Shown here piece after piece: positions 26,870-39,528 of a DNA stretch of 64,000 bases (position 1 is the first letter of the stretch; each line of letters starts with the position of its first letter). Source of the stretch: the human T2T-CHM13v2.0 reference genome, Homo sapiens. Both the position numbers and the translations under genes were made by a program. The notes under the pieces were generated by a model. That model worked only from the letters and a program-made list of their open reading frames with translations, did not search any database and was not told the origin of the DNA. The stretch lies in the NCBI RefSeq assembly GCF_009914755.1, contig NC_060944.1. The stretch is one strand, 5' to 3'.

Positions 26870-27350
26870 TGGAATTCATTTGTTTATTCACTCACTCACT
26901 CTCCAATTCATTGATCCATCATCCATCCATCGGTTCATTGTGCAGTCAACACACCTGTTTGTTGAGAGCCTACCAGAAACTGAGATGTACCAGAAACTGA
27001 GAATACAAAGGTGATCATCCTGTCCTTCTGGCACTTACGGTGAAGGCAGGAGAGTCAAACGCTTGTTAAATCTGCCATTACGCAGATACAGCTTCACAAA
27101 CCCTGAAAAGTCTGAGGTAGGAAGTGGATTGCATGCCATCAAGAAGTTTAACATGGGCAAACAAGACTTGTTCTAGAGTCAGAGAAGGTCGGGGAAGCTT
27201 TCTCTATAACATTTAAGCTGAGATTTGAATGATGAAAAGGAGACAGCCATGTAAAGAGCCCAGGGAAGGGCGTTCAGGCAAAAAGAAAGGCGAGAGAAAA
27301 TGTCCTGGGGCAGAAAGGAGCCAGGGATTTTCAGGAGTGTTCAGTATACA
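26870..27350 (-). mobile_element. LINE L2 fragment containing a 17-bp local duplication (26971-27002)
   Basis: ttcattcactc tail; atttaagctgagatttgaatgatgaa; taccagaaactgaga twice. Confidence 0.65.
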
Positions 27351-30300
27351 ATAGGTACAGCAGAGTAGGAAGCGAGACTCACAGGCTGGGGGACATCTGG
27401 GGCTGTTAACTGCTGCTCTTGAACCAAGAGAAATGTCTCTCCCATACACAGAACATGTCATATAGACAAGAGGCCTCAGGCCAGATGACAAATGCTCCAC
27501 CAGTTATCAAGACAGGTATGGGGGAAGTGCGTGTGCATGTCAGAGCACTAGAGAAAATGTTCTACTTCCTGAAAGAATTTTAATTTGGGACTAGGGTGGA
27601 GAGGAAGGGAAGAAGGCGGCCCTGGGGCAGAGAAGAGGCTACTACAAAGGGAACCATCAGAATCGCTGAGTAAGTAATACTCCCAATTAGAGATTTAAAA
27701 ACCAATGGTGAAAAGCAGGCTTGTGCTCAGCTCAGCCCTCCCTCCCTCAGCCAGCCTCAGTCAGGGAAAGGAAGTCGTAGCCAACTGTGGGGACAGGTGC
27801 CTAGTGATTTATGGCCCTAAGACAAAGGCTCCCAAGGAAAGGCCCTGCGAAACTCAGACGTGTTGTTGGAACAATTAGAGCCCATCCATCTATTTGAGTC
27901 AGCACAGCATCTGGAAAATGGGCCTGGTCCGGGCTGAACACCAGCTCTTCACGTGGGACTTTCCACATGGTGAACACACACAAGAGGCCAGTAGCTGGTG
28001 GGGGAAAAGCCCCATTTTTCAGATAAGGAAAATGAAGCTCTCAGAAAGAAAACTTGTTCAAGGTCATCAGCTAGGAGATTCAAACTCAGATCTGTTGGAG
28101 TCGCAAGGCCACACTCTTTTTGGCATTTCTTACTATCTCCCTGGAAGTTTCTGCAACTGCCCTGGGTGGCTAGTCCCTTGGGGGCTACTGGGCTCTTTCT
28201 TCAGTTTTCCAAGATGGGGCTGCTGTTGCCCCTGCAGAAAGATTTAGCCCTCAGATCTCAATTCACTCTAAAAAGCTAAGCTGGTGTATCCAAAGCCAAT
28301 AGCAGGTCCCTCTCCTGCAGAACAAAATGCGTAATTCCTCCTCTGGAACTGTGATTCTACAGGGACCTGGAAGGGGTCAGTGGTATCAGGCCCCTGCCTC
28401 CAAACTATGTGCAGTGTCCTGGGCCCTTCTAAGAAATGCATGTCAGAAGCACCCCTCAGGGCACATGCATAGCCCCGTGAGCTGATTCCAGCAGCTGCAC
28501 TTCAGGAGTGCTGTGTCTGACTCAGCTCTGTGATCCCAGCACAGCGTCTGATCCAGAGAAGCACACAGCAAATGTTTGCTGAATAAAGGAACAGACCTTT
28601 AGCATTGGAGATATTGCAGCAAACCCAACTTTAGAAGAAAAAACAAAAGGATGGCTTATTAAAATAAGCTTATGGTACAATGTTCATTGTAAAAAGTGGA
28701 TGATACAATCATATAGCAAAAAAAGTCCCACAAAAATCCAGTATACATTTAATAGTGTAAAGTAACATGCATATATTTGTGCACTGTGAAAATTCTAGAT
28801 TAAAATGTAAGCCAAATATTAACAGTCCTATCACTGTGCAGTTGGCTTATGTGTAGTTTTATTTGCTTCTTGAATTTTTTTTCCAAAATGTGTTATAAGA
28901 GCATATGCTATTTTCATAATAAAAAGGAAAAGCTGTAACTATTTTTTTCCATAACATAATTTTTACATGATAAAGTTTAGGGTGCTGTCTGCCTCTCTGA
29001 ATTCAGAGGCAGCTGCTGGGTGCCAGGCAAGGCAAAGATGTTGTGTGAGCTCAAAGTCAGCTTCCTCAGTCCACAGACCCCAGGGCCACAGGACCCACAC
29101 TGGCCTCAGGAGCCACCCATTCCCTGTATGGGTCCTTGGGGTAAGGAACAACATGGATGCCAGACCTCACAGCCATCTTCCAAAATCTTACCACAGCCAG
29201 GTACATTTCCACGACTCCTTTCTCCGTAAGCAAGTCAGTAAATCAAAGTGCATCTCGTACACAAGGTGGGCCCTTTCTGGTAAAACACAAAAAAACTTAA
29301 TCTTTGGTCCAGAAGCAGTAGATTGCGGCGGCAAGTCAGCAGCCAAAACCATTAATCTTTGCTGCATTCCCCAACTGGCCCGAGTAGTAAAGAAGATAAT
29401 ACCCCAGCAGAATCAGTGACCCACTACAAATTGGTCCTGAAAGGTCCACCAGCATAAATAGACTTTTGCTGATCCAACACTTGTTAGGAACCCCAACAAA
29501 GAGACTATTGGCTCATCTGATGAGCCGCTTGCAAGGGGCCCTTGCAATGGCTGGTGATGGATGACCACCCTCCCTTGGAGGGGAAGATGCAGCTCCTGGT
29601 ATGGGGCCCTTTCTCATCTTAAATTTGTCCTCAATAAATCACAGGTGCAGAGAAGCCAGCATCAGTTTCATTACACCTACATGCTCCAGTATCAATCACG
29701 CCACCATGGCGGCCTGTCTGGGTGCAGTTCATTTCAAGTGGCTGTTTCTGTCCTGATTCCATTTCCACTGCAATGCACGCCTCCAAGGGGCTGGGGCCTG
29801 GAGAACGGGAGGAAGAAGCTTTTCTGTAAAGGCCTATGCTTCCCTGGCCTCAGTACCTATTCCCTTCTCCTTGTCTATTAACTATTCCCCAAATGTGTGT
29901 CACTTGGAGCTCCAGATCCAGCGCCTGTGCAAAGGGCTGAAGCCCCAGGATCAGAAAGACTTGTTTTTAGATAATAGGTCTGACATTTGCCAACTTGGAG
30001 CAAGTCATTTTACTTTGCAGAGGCTCAGCTTCTTCATATGGAAAATGGGGCTAAAGACACCTGCATCTGGAGATGAAACACAGAAGTAATTGTAAAGAAC
30101 CTGGCACAGGCTGGGTACAAAGTGGGATCTTCAGTTCATGTCAGTCCCAGTCTCTGCTCATCCCTGGCTGAGATGCTGGTTGAAGAGAAAGTATTGCAGG
30201 GATGGCTGATCTTGCTTTCCCTCTGGTACTCAGGCCAGTGAGAAAGTGGAAATTCTGTTGTTCCTCTTCTCTGTGTCTACCTGCCTGGACCATTCCTGGT

Positions 30301-31289
30301 GCCAGCAAAAGTATGTCAATTATGGCTCAGAATTTATGAGGATGCTGCCACAGCTCGTTTTTTGTCTTGTTCCTTTCATTGTAGGCAGTTAAAATACACT
30401 TAAAACTAAGGACACCAGAGAGCTCTCAGTCCTCTTCTTAATGCACATAATCAAATACTTTAATGTCATTAAATGCATAAAGGCTCATCATAAAAGCTGT
30501 GAACTTCTTTTTTAAAGAATCATAAATGGGAATAAATGGTTTCTTTTTAGGCAGGTCCTAAGCCAGTTCACCTACAACCACTAGAGGCAGGACGGAAGCA
30601 CCCCTCCAAGCCTGCCAATAGGCCTCCTCCAGAGGGCACAGCCCAGCTGCCTCTGCTGTGGGGTGGAGCTCTCAAGGCCTAGTGGCAGCCCTGTAAATTG
30701 TTAACTAAATAAGTAGATCTTTGAGCAGAAGAGAGGGGAGTGCAAAGGACCCTGCTCCTGAGCTGGTAAGGAATGTCAGACGAAACAAGCTTTTCAAAAA
30801 GACACTTCCATTCACTCTAAACCTACAAGAAAGCCAGAGTGACAGGGCCATTTATTTGCAGAAGAGCTGGGGAGGGGGTGGAAAGGGAAGCAGAGATAAG
30901 GAGAAGGAGCAGAGAAATAAGTAAAGGAGGGAAAGGCAGGGAGAGAGAGAGAAGGTTCGCAAAGCATGCAGAGAGAGGGAGACAGAGAAGGAGAGGGGGC
31001 AGGCTCTACCCCAGGGTCCAGTGTCTCATCCATCACCAGCCATTGCAAGGACCCCAGTGGTTCAGGGTCCAATGTCTTGGTACTGCATGTTGGCTCAGAA
31101 TTCTGAGACAGAGCCTACAGAGCTGCATATATATCCAATACATCTCAGAGAACAGAATATAATAGCAATATAATAAAGATGATGATGATGATGATGATAT
31201 TGAACATTTACTCTGTGTCCAGTCTAATGTCTAAGTTCTTTACCAGCATGACCTCATTTAATTCTCCTAACAACGCTATATGGTAGCTA

Positions 31290-31805
31290 CTGTATTTCAT
31301 CAATTCTAAGACATACATTTTCTTTTTCCCATTTTAACACCTCTGAAATTGAGATGCTTTTTAAAATCACTATCAGCCTGCCAGCAGTCTTGATGTCACT
31401 GTCATATCTGGGAACACACATCAAAACTTGCGGAACAAGTATTTGCAGCTTAAAATCCTGAGGACAATAGAGGAGTGATTTTTAAAGAAATGCTATCACA
31501 AATGCCTGCAATGTGACAGCAGATGATAGTCTGTTGAAAAACATGGACATTGACAATGCTGAGTTCGTCTCTGAATATGAGGAAGTTTTAGGAATAACTT
31601 AAACAATTATTTCACTTATATTTTCCTTTTCATGTATGTATACAAAGGTCTTGTGACAAACACCTATGTTTAAATAAACCTGAAAGTTCTTTTCATAAGT
31701 ATAAAAATAAAATTCTAAGTGATAAGAAAGTATTATGTCATGGTTTCACTGGCAGTGATTTGACTGTTTTTTAGTGTTTCATAAAATAATGGTGCAACAT
31801 ACAAG
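31290..31805 (+). mobile_element. TcMar-Tc2 DNA transposon (MER104/Kanga family) nested in a MIR
   Basis: Terminus ctgtatttcatcaattctaagacatacat...tttaacacctctgaaattgagatgc; far end cataaaataatggtgca; MIR halves on both sides. Confidence 0.6.
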
Positions 31806-33187
31806 CTCTCTAAGTCCCATCTTATAGATGAGCAAACTGAGGCACTTTTATTACTTGCTCAAAGCCACACAGATAGTCCAAACTCCAGGTCTTTCTGATT
31901 CTAGAACCTGTGTTCTCAGCCATTATTGATCTTCATCTCTGACATCTCTGAATTCAGATCAACATAGGTTCTGATTCCAGCTTTGCCACTTTCTGGCTTT
32001 GTGACCCATGATACTGATGTCTAGTAGTCTCTGAGCCATAAAGCAGAAATGCTAACGAAACCTGCTTCTCAAAGTTATGCGTGGGAAAATCCGTATATGA
32101 GAAGGTTCAGCACAGTTCCTGGCCCCAAGAAAGTGCCCAGGATGTGGCAGGCTGAAGAAGGGTCTACCTATAAGTCTGCGCACATCCGAATCCAAAGAAC
32201 ACCCACGCAGCAGCGGACAAAAGACTGGGTGGCACCAAGAGCTCAGATCTAGGACTGGAACTGTGTCAGTAAAAGATGCTTTTAGCACTCTCAGGACAAG
32301 CCAGTCTGTATACACTTCCTGGTGCCTGCAAGATGCTCAACTCTTCCTTCCTACTAACAAAACAACAGCTGCAGTGACCGCAATTAGTGTATTACTTTAT
32401 TATTACCATTTATATCTTTTGAATGCCTACACTTTGGGACTGTTCTAAGGCCTTTACCCACATTGTAATCTCACAATAACCCCAGGAGTAGGCACATTAC
32501 AGATGAGGGGAAGGCTCAGAGAGTTGAAGAACACATAGGGCTGTCTTTGGGCATCCTGGGCTGATTCAGAGAACAAATACGTCCAGTGTCTTAGGTTAAT
32601 TTGATACTTTGAGGTCCCATGGTTCCTTCCCATTAGGTCTGAGATTCAAGTTAAGACGTCGACTTCTAAAAGTCATAAAGGATTTCTTCTCCGCTGCCCC
32701 ACACCAATGATAAATAAAACATGTTTACCGTGGAAAATTCGGAAAATATTTATAACAAAAAGACGTGGTCACACATAATCCCATTGCACAGAGAACACCT
32801 CCTGGTTTACATTTTTTTGCTCCTTTTCTCCCATTCTTATTTCTAACCATATTTTACACAGTTTATGTTATTCATGGAATTTTATATCTTGCTTTTAACT
32901 CCTGGCATAAGCATTTCCCACGTTATTAGAAACTCTTAAACATCATTTTTATTGTTACCAATATTGTTGAATGGGTGGACCATAAGGTCCTTAACCACTC
33001 CCTTCATGTGGGAGCATTTAATGTCCGCAGGCACAAACTTGTGTGCCTAAATCTTTGCTTACATTTCTATTCCTTTGGGATAAATTATTTACAATAGCAT
33101 TACTGTGTCAAATGACTTGTACATTTTTAAGACTCTTGATAGATATTGTCAAATTGTAATTCATATTTAAGAATATCTGTTTCAACC

Positions 33188-33486
33188 TTTTTTTTTTTTT
33201 TTTTGAGACAGAGTCTCATTTCATCACCCAAGCTGCAATGCAGTGGTACGATCTCAGCTCACTGCAACCTCTGCTTCCCAGGTTGAAGTGATTCTCATGC
33301 CTCAGCCACCCTAGTAGCTGGGATTACATGCTCATGCCACCACACCTGGCTAACTTTTGTATTTTCAGTAGAGATGGGGTTTCACCATGTTGGCCAGGCT
33401 GGTCTTGAACTCCTGGCCTCAAGTGATCTGCCTGCCTCAGCCTCCTAAAGCGCTGAGGTTACAGACATGAGCCACCACACCCAGCT
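33188..33486 (-). mobile_element. AluS (full length)
   Basis: Poly-T tail and both arms present. Confidence 0.95.
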
Positions 33487-34099
33487 GAATATTAACATTT
33501 TTTATTGTTATTCTGATAATGAAATTTTTCTGATTGTTTTCAATTAACATATTTTAGTTTACTAGTAAGCATGAACTTTAAAAAAAAAAAAAAAACCTTA
33601 TTTTACAATTGTATCTGTGGATTTGTGAGGTTACAGCAAAGCAGTTAGGAGCCCCTGCCTGCTAGATTAAGCTGAGTGATTTTGAATCCTGGCCCCTCAC
33701 TTACAATATGCGTGATCTTGGGGTGATTATTTAACTTCTCAAAGCTTTATTTTGTTTTCTCATCTTTTAATAGGGATGAGAATAATAACACCTAACTCAT
33801 AGGGTCTTTGTAAAGAATGAATGAGAAATCCCTTGTAAATTATACCTGGCATATAGTAAGTGTTCACTAAATATTAGCTACTTGAATTTCTTTTGCAAAT
33901 TCTTTTTCATACCCTTTTCTCATTTATCTGTTGAGATCTTAATATCTTTCTTATCCATTTGAAAGTTATTTTTATAGGAAGAACATTAGCCCTTTGCTAC
34001 ATATGTTGTGAATATTTTCTAATTGGCTTTTAAAGCAACATTCTTTCTCTCTTGATGGTCTCCATGAGAGTATTTTAGGGCCATCCACATCCAGTGAAG

Positions 34100-37000
34100 C
34101 TGAAGGGAAGGGTTAGGTCTATTCAGTAAAGATATAGAAAAATGAAGTAGTTTTCATTTCCAATGATGCGCCCCAGAAAACATTGCTTCCATTCACAATG
34201 CTGCATTTCTAATAGATGAGGTAAGAATTGATGGGGTTTGTCGTACTCACAAAATGACGCCCAAGCGGGGATGCACGGAGAACGTTGCCACGGCTCCGAC
34301 ATGTTGATGCCAAACACTGCACGAAGCACTTCGTGTCAGGGAAAGAAGCATTAGAGCTTTCTCGAGCCCACTCTTTCTCAGTTTGGAAGCTGTCCTCATG
34401 TTCACAAGGATATTTTGGTAGAAAACCTCCTTTTCCAGGATCTCCATTTGCCCGTCGCCACTTCTGTGTACTCAGTACTTTTCTGTCAACGAGAGTTCCA
34501 AGGAGTGAGAAAGCCTGTTTTTGTTTTCATTTTTTATGTCTATTAAAAATAAACATGCTGAGAAGCTGCCTCTTAGTCTCTTTATCAAGCCCCAAATGAC
34601 GTGTAGCCCTTGTCAACTCCGCGTTGACGAATGCAATCAGCATTTACAAAATCAGATTTGTAAGGCATCGGGAATAAACTTAACTAAGGGCAGGTTTCCC
34701 CTCCATTGATCAAAACGGGTTTTTGCCGAATGATGGGCAGTCGGTCGGTCCCTCAAAGTAAGTAAGCGTACAGGCAGGCAGGATGCTGTCCCCAGCCCAC
34801 CCACCTGGGCCCAGCTCACAGGACACCTGGCAGGTTCTTCTGCTAAGAAAGCCGAGAAGCCCACCTCTTTATGGGTCGGCACAAATGGGGTACATTTCAT
34901 GCTGAGTCAATTTAATCAATACTTTTCTTGCTTTGGAAACCCCGAGCATTTAGAGAGAGCAAAGCCACACTACGCAGTAAAGCAGCTTTAAATTCTAATG
35001 AGCTTCTCTGTGCTAATTAATGACTTTGCTAACTGGAAGCTTTCTTTGTTAGAAAACACACTCTTGCCTTTCAAGATGACAGCTTTTCCTTTCCCGAATG
35101 TCTTTTATTATCAAACCAGAAAGGGAAGTACTTTATTCCTCTCATTCTGTTAGAACTAATAGATTTTTATTACTTAAAAAATAATTTTCTTTTAGTAACC
35201 AGCTTTGCATTTTGCCCTATAAAAGCTAGAAAGTGCAAGAGATCAATTTCTCCTAAATCCTACCTGTCACCCGCCCGGCAGGAAACGGAGTTCTAGAGGG
35301 TAAACACAGCCTCTTCTGGAATAGACACAACAGTATGCCCCCTCCCGCCCCCTCCCATTGCACAGTGAGATTTGGTAATTTGCAAATTGAGCAGCCATCA
35401 TTATTTTTTAAGGAGCAAACAGGGTCTCCACTCCTCACTAGGAGAATGTGGCCCAATCATTTGTCTCGGCAACGCACGAATTCTAGAGCACTTGAGAATT
35501 CTTAGCCATAAAGCTGATTACTAAGAGAGGGATGGTTATAAAGAAAAAAATCTTTTTAATCTGGGGAGGAGGGGAAGGGAAGATGAAGGGCAAGGAGGAA
35601 AAGATACATAGAGCTCATTGCTGGAGTTATCAGCCCGAATCAGAGCTTGAACTCTAATTTTTTGTGAATCAGAATTCACACGTGAATGTATGAGTGGAAT
35701 TTCTCTCTCTTTCTCTTTTCTGCCTTGTTGTTGTTGCTGTCTGACAAGAGAGTCCGTCTGGGTCTCTCTGTCACTATCGCCATCTCTGTTCCTCTGTCCT
35801 TTCTGAGTACTTGATGAAGATACCCTGCCTGGAAATAATTGCATTCAGACCCCTGAGTCCCACTTAAAAGTCTTTGGGACTGATCGAGATAAATCCCATC
35901 AGGCTTTTGTTTCCACTCAAAGTGCCTCCATCATTTACTAGACGAATTAAAGTATCAATTTCTGTTTAAACATTAACAGGGTGATGCCAAATATTAGTTA
36001 GTTCCTAATAATTCTGAGGGATTAAAAAGATAATAAAAGTAATAGTCCATTACATTACCTACTTCAGCAAGATTGTAATGAACGTAATAAATTCTGGATC
36101 AGGGTTATAACAACTTCCATCTATTTAAAATGAATTTGTAGGGTTACTTTCATTAACTATGTATATGGGGAAAATGATCTGACATATTACCTTAAAAGAG
36201 CTGTAAAACCGATTAGGAGAAAATATGCTTTCCAGACAGGGATGCTGGCCACTGGGGACAACTGCATCCTTGGGAAGTCGGAACGAGCTGCCGAGATAGC
36301 CCGATTCCGTCCTTCCAGCACTACCTGCTTGCTACTCTGAAAAAAATCATGACAGCATCAGCGCTGGTGAACGAGGGTGAGGGAACCTTCTTTTTCCCCT
36401 TCTCCTTTTATTTATTTATTTTTTTCCTTCCCAGGTATATTCCTGCTAATGAACCAGGGCTCACTCTGGGAACTTCTGCAAGGAAATAAACCCTAGGCCT
36501 GCAGCCCAGCCTGGCCTTTGGACCCCCAGGGGAAAGCTGCCATATTAAAGGGGCCCATGCCCTCATTGCTAGAGGAGACAAGGGAGCGAGCACTTGACTG
36601 CACCACAGAAATTACTGCTGTACCTCGAATGCCCGCTTCATTTATCAATTTCATAGCAGAAAAACCCATATGACTGCCTTGTTCAGTCGCACGCTAAATC
36701 TAGTCACAGAAAACTCCCCACCGCCAGTCAAGTGTGTTACGCACAGGCCTGGATAAAGTAACTTGAAATACCACTAATGATTTATACTTAATTGAACTTC
36801 TAAGTGATTAAAGTGGCAGTAATGAATGAATAACACCCTCCTCATTCCCTTGACCACCTGGCCCAGCCCCTCCAGGCAGAGTGGGCCTCGCCTGGGGAAG
36901 TCAGCGGGGATGGCCGCCTGAAGCCATTCTCTGGGCTCCCCAACGCTGCTCATCCTGGCTCAATTGCTCTCACTTGCAGTAAATGACTCCATAAGCACCG

Positions 37001-37200
37001 AATCAGACCATTGATCCTTTTTATTAGATTACCCAATTGTAAGGTTAATGCATTTGCATTTGGCAAACGGAGTCGGTCAACTCAAATCCCTAGCAGGGAT
37101 CAGCGTTTAAAAGGACACATGTGGGAGCAACTCTGTCAACACACAGATTTGCTGGCAGCAGTAGCCAGATGCTGACGCCCTTCCTTCCCGTGGCCCCCCC
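34100..37200. promoter_or_regulatory. Candidate distal MAFB enhancer cluster
   Basis: ~3 kb free of recognisable repeats, CpG-retaining, with homeodomain, HNF1, POU and MARE motifs. Function is inferred. Confidence 0.55.
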
Positions 37201-38699
37201 ACCAAAGAAGGTGCCATAAGAATCCACTTCCAGGCCTGTGTCTTCCTTAGCAGCAGTCCTCATGGGACAGCCAGGGGGCCACACCTGCTGCCCATGTCCT
37301 CCCCACCCCCAGTGCTTCTGTTTCTGAAAGAAGGAAGAATCCTGCAAAAGTTTTCAGTCACCACAGACAGGGATAAAGGTGGATAGTTCACCTCGGGCCA
37401 GGAACCTTGCTGCCTTCTCTAAATGGAGGAGAGCCAGGACTTAAATCAGTGACAAGGACACAGGCTTCAGAAACCAAAAGTTCTTCTTTTCTGATGGTCA
37501 TAGAGTCAGACAGGGGGCAGCCATTTATACCTAGGCCTCTATACCCGATGTGAATTTATTCTTGGATTTTCTAAATGCATTAACCAAATGCTATTTACGT
37601 GGTCTGCCTTCATTAGGATTTTCTAGTAAAGAAATTCATAAGTTGGAAAAACATACTTTGTTGATCTCATATGAGTTCTGCGTTGGAGAATATAGCCATG
37701 GTTTAGGGGAAATTAGAAGTTACCCAGAGAAATCACCCCAGAAAACCATGTCCTTTTATAGAAGAGGAAACTGGGGTGCAGACAGAATGAAACTTACCCA
37801 AGGACCACCCCCACCACAGTGAGTTCACAGAAAAACTCCCGTCTTCTGCCTTCCAGATCACCCTGATGGGCCATCCTCGGGTAAGAAAGCAGTACTCTCA
37901 GAAGAGGTGGTTTTGAGGCTGTGACAGTAAAGAAATAGTCTTTTTATACAAATGTCTTAAGACACAAGCCATATTTCATATTCAGCTGCATAAACTAGGT
38001 CTTTGTCTAAATTGTTTTGTGGAGTAAGATTCGCTCTAAGTATTGCTTACAGGATGGATTTGTTCAGCATCTTGCCTCTGAGGACAAGGAAGCTGGTTTC
38101 ATCATTTCCATTCTGTTCACTTTTTCTGCTGTTCACTTTCTAAAGGTGGCCAGGACGCTGGGGAACAACCCATCATGTGAAGTCAGATACTGAGGGTTCA
38201 AGCCCCAGCCATGTCACTTACAGGCCATGTTATTGTTCTGAGCCTCAGCTTCCTTCATTGTAATAATTCCTCCTTGCTGAATTGTTTTGAGATTAAATGG
38301 GATAATATACGTGAAAATGATCAGTGCAGATGAAGCTCTTATCTAGATAGGGCTCCTTATCCATGAGTTTTCTCCCTCCTGGTTTCATAGAAAAAGAGTG
38401 ATCCCTTGGGCTTTACAGGCAGTAACTGACTGGTGACAGGTTTCCTAGAAACAGCCCATGTCAGTAAAGGGAGCTGTTTCCCGTCCCAGCTCTTTCTTGC
38501 TTTGCAAGAGAGGCCCAGGCCCTTGCCAGCCTTTCATTTGCCTCCTCTGCTGAAGGCTGGAGGCTGTACCTTCTTTGAATCACTGCTCAGAACTTGTCTG
38601 AGTCTCACAGGGCCTAAGAGGCCATGAAGATAGGGGTAGGGCAATTCCTGTAACAACAATTCAATTACACTTCAGTTGCCATAATCGTCATTCACTTAC

Positions 38700-38920
38700 A
38701 TTTTTTGAGTACTCGTCATATAAGTATTTTTTACATGTGTTTAACCTCATCTAAGCCTCTCAGCAATCCTGTAAGATTCAAATGGCCATGCCCACTTTAC
38801 AGAAGCAGAAATCGAGGCTTGCATAGGTCAAGTGGCAGTCCAAAGTGACACAGCTGAGAGGGGACAGAGCTGGGGTTTAAGCTCAAGCCGGTCAGACTCT
38901 AGGATCCGTGCTCCATCACT
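38700..38920. mobile_element. MIR
   Basis: cccactttacagaagcagaaatcgaggctt...gtgacacagct core. Confidence 0.7.
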
Positions 38921-39503
38921 GTGCCCCGCTCTTAGGACTCACAGCACCTTTGTGGCAGGGCACAAGCCAGATGTCAGCAGGGACCCTGACCTATCCTTCC
39001 TCTTTTAGCCAGTTGACCCATTGAGCCCCAGGGACAGGTATTTGTTCTCAGGGAAAGCAGAGCATCAGAGGAGAAGGGGAAAAAAATCCCCAAGTGAGCA
39101 ACAGCTGACCTCTGTGAGTTATTGAGAAAGTGCCGAGGTGGCAAGGCTGGTGGTGACAGGGCCCCAGGGGCCTAAAAGAAGGATGCTTATCTGATTGGGA
39201 GTGCATGCGGGCAGATTCTACCTAGAGATAGTTGCGGCTGGGCTGTCTGGGAAGAGAGGGCAAAGAGAGGCCCCAGCTGGAATAGGCTACCAGTCCAGAA
39301 AGAAGTTCCCAGCATTAGAGCTTGCCACCCAAGAAGCTTCAGACCTGAGCAAGCCAAATCCCAAATCCCCATAGGCCATGCCATCAGCCGTGGCCTCTGT
39401 TCTAAGGAGGACACACAGAATACCGGGTGTAGGAACAGATGCCTGTCTATGCATAGACATGGACAGACTTTGTCTCTAAGTGGGTCTGTGCTTGTCTGCA
39501 GGG

Positions 39504-39528
39504 GTGTGTGTGTGTGTGTGTGTGTGTG
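39504..39528 (+). repeat. (GT)12 microsatellite
   Basis: Read directly. Confidence 0.95.

Noticed and set aside
29517-29560. Hammerhead-like CUGAUGA followed by a stem
   Set aside because: The essential GAAA after stem II is absent (tggt follows), so it does not fit a hammerhead ribozyme.
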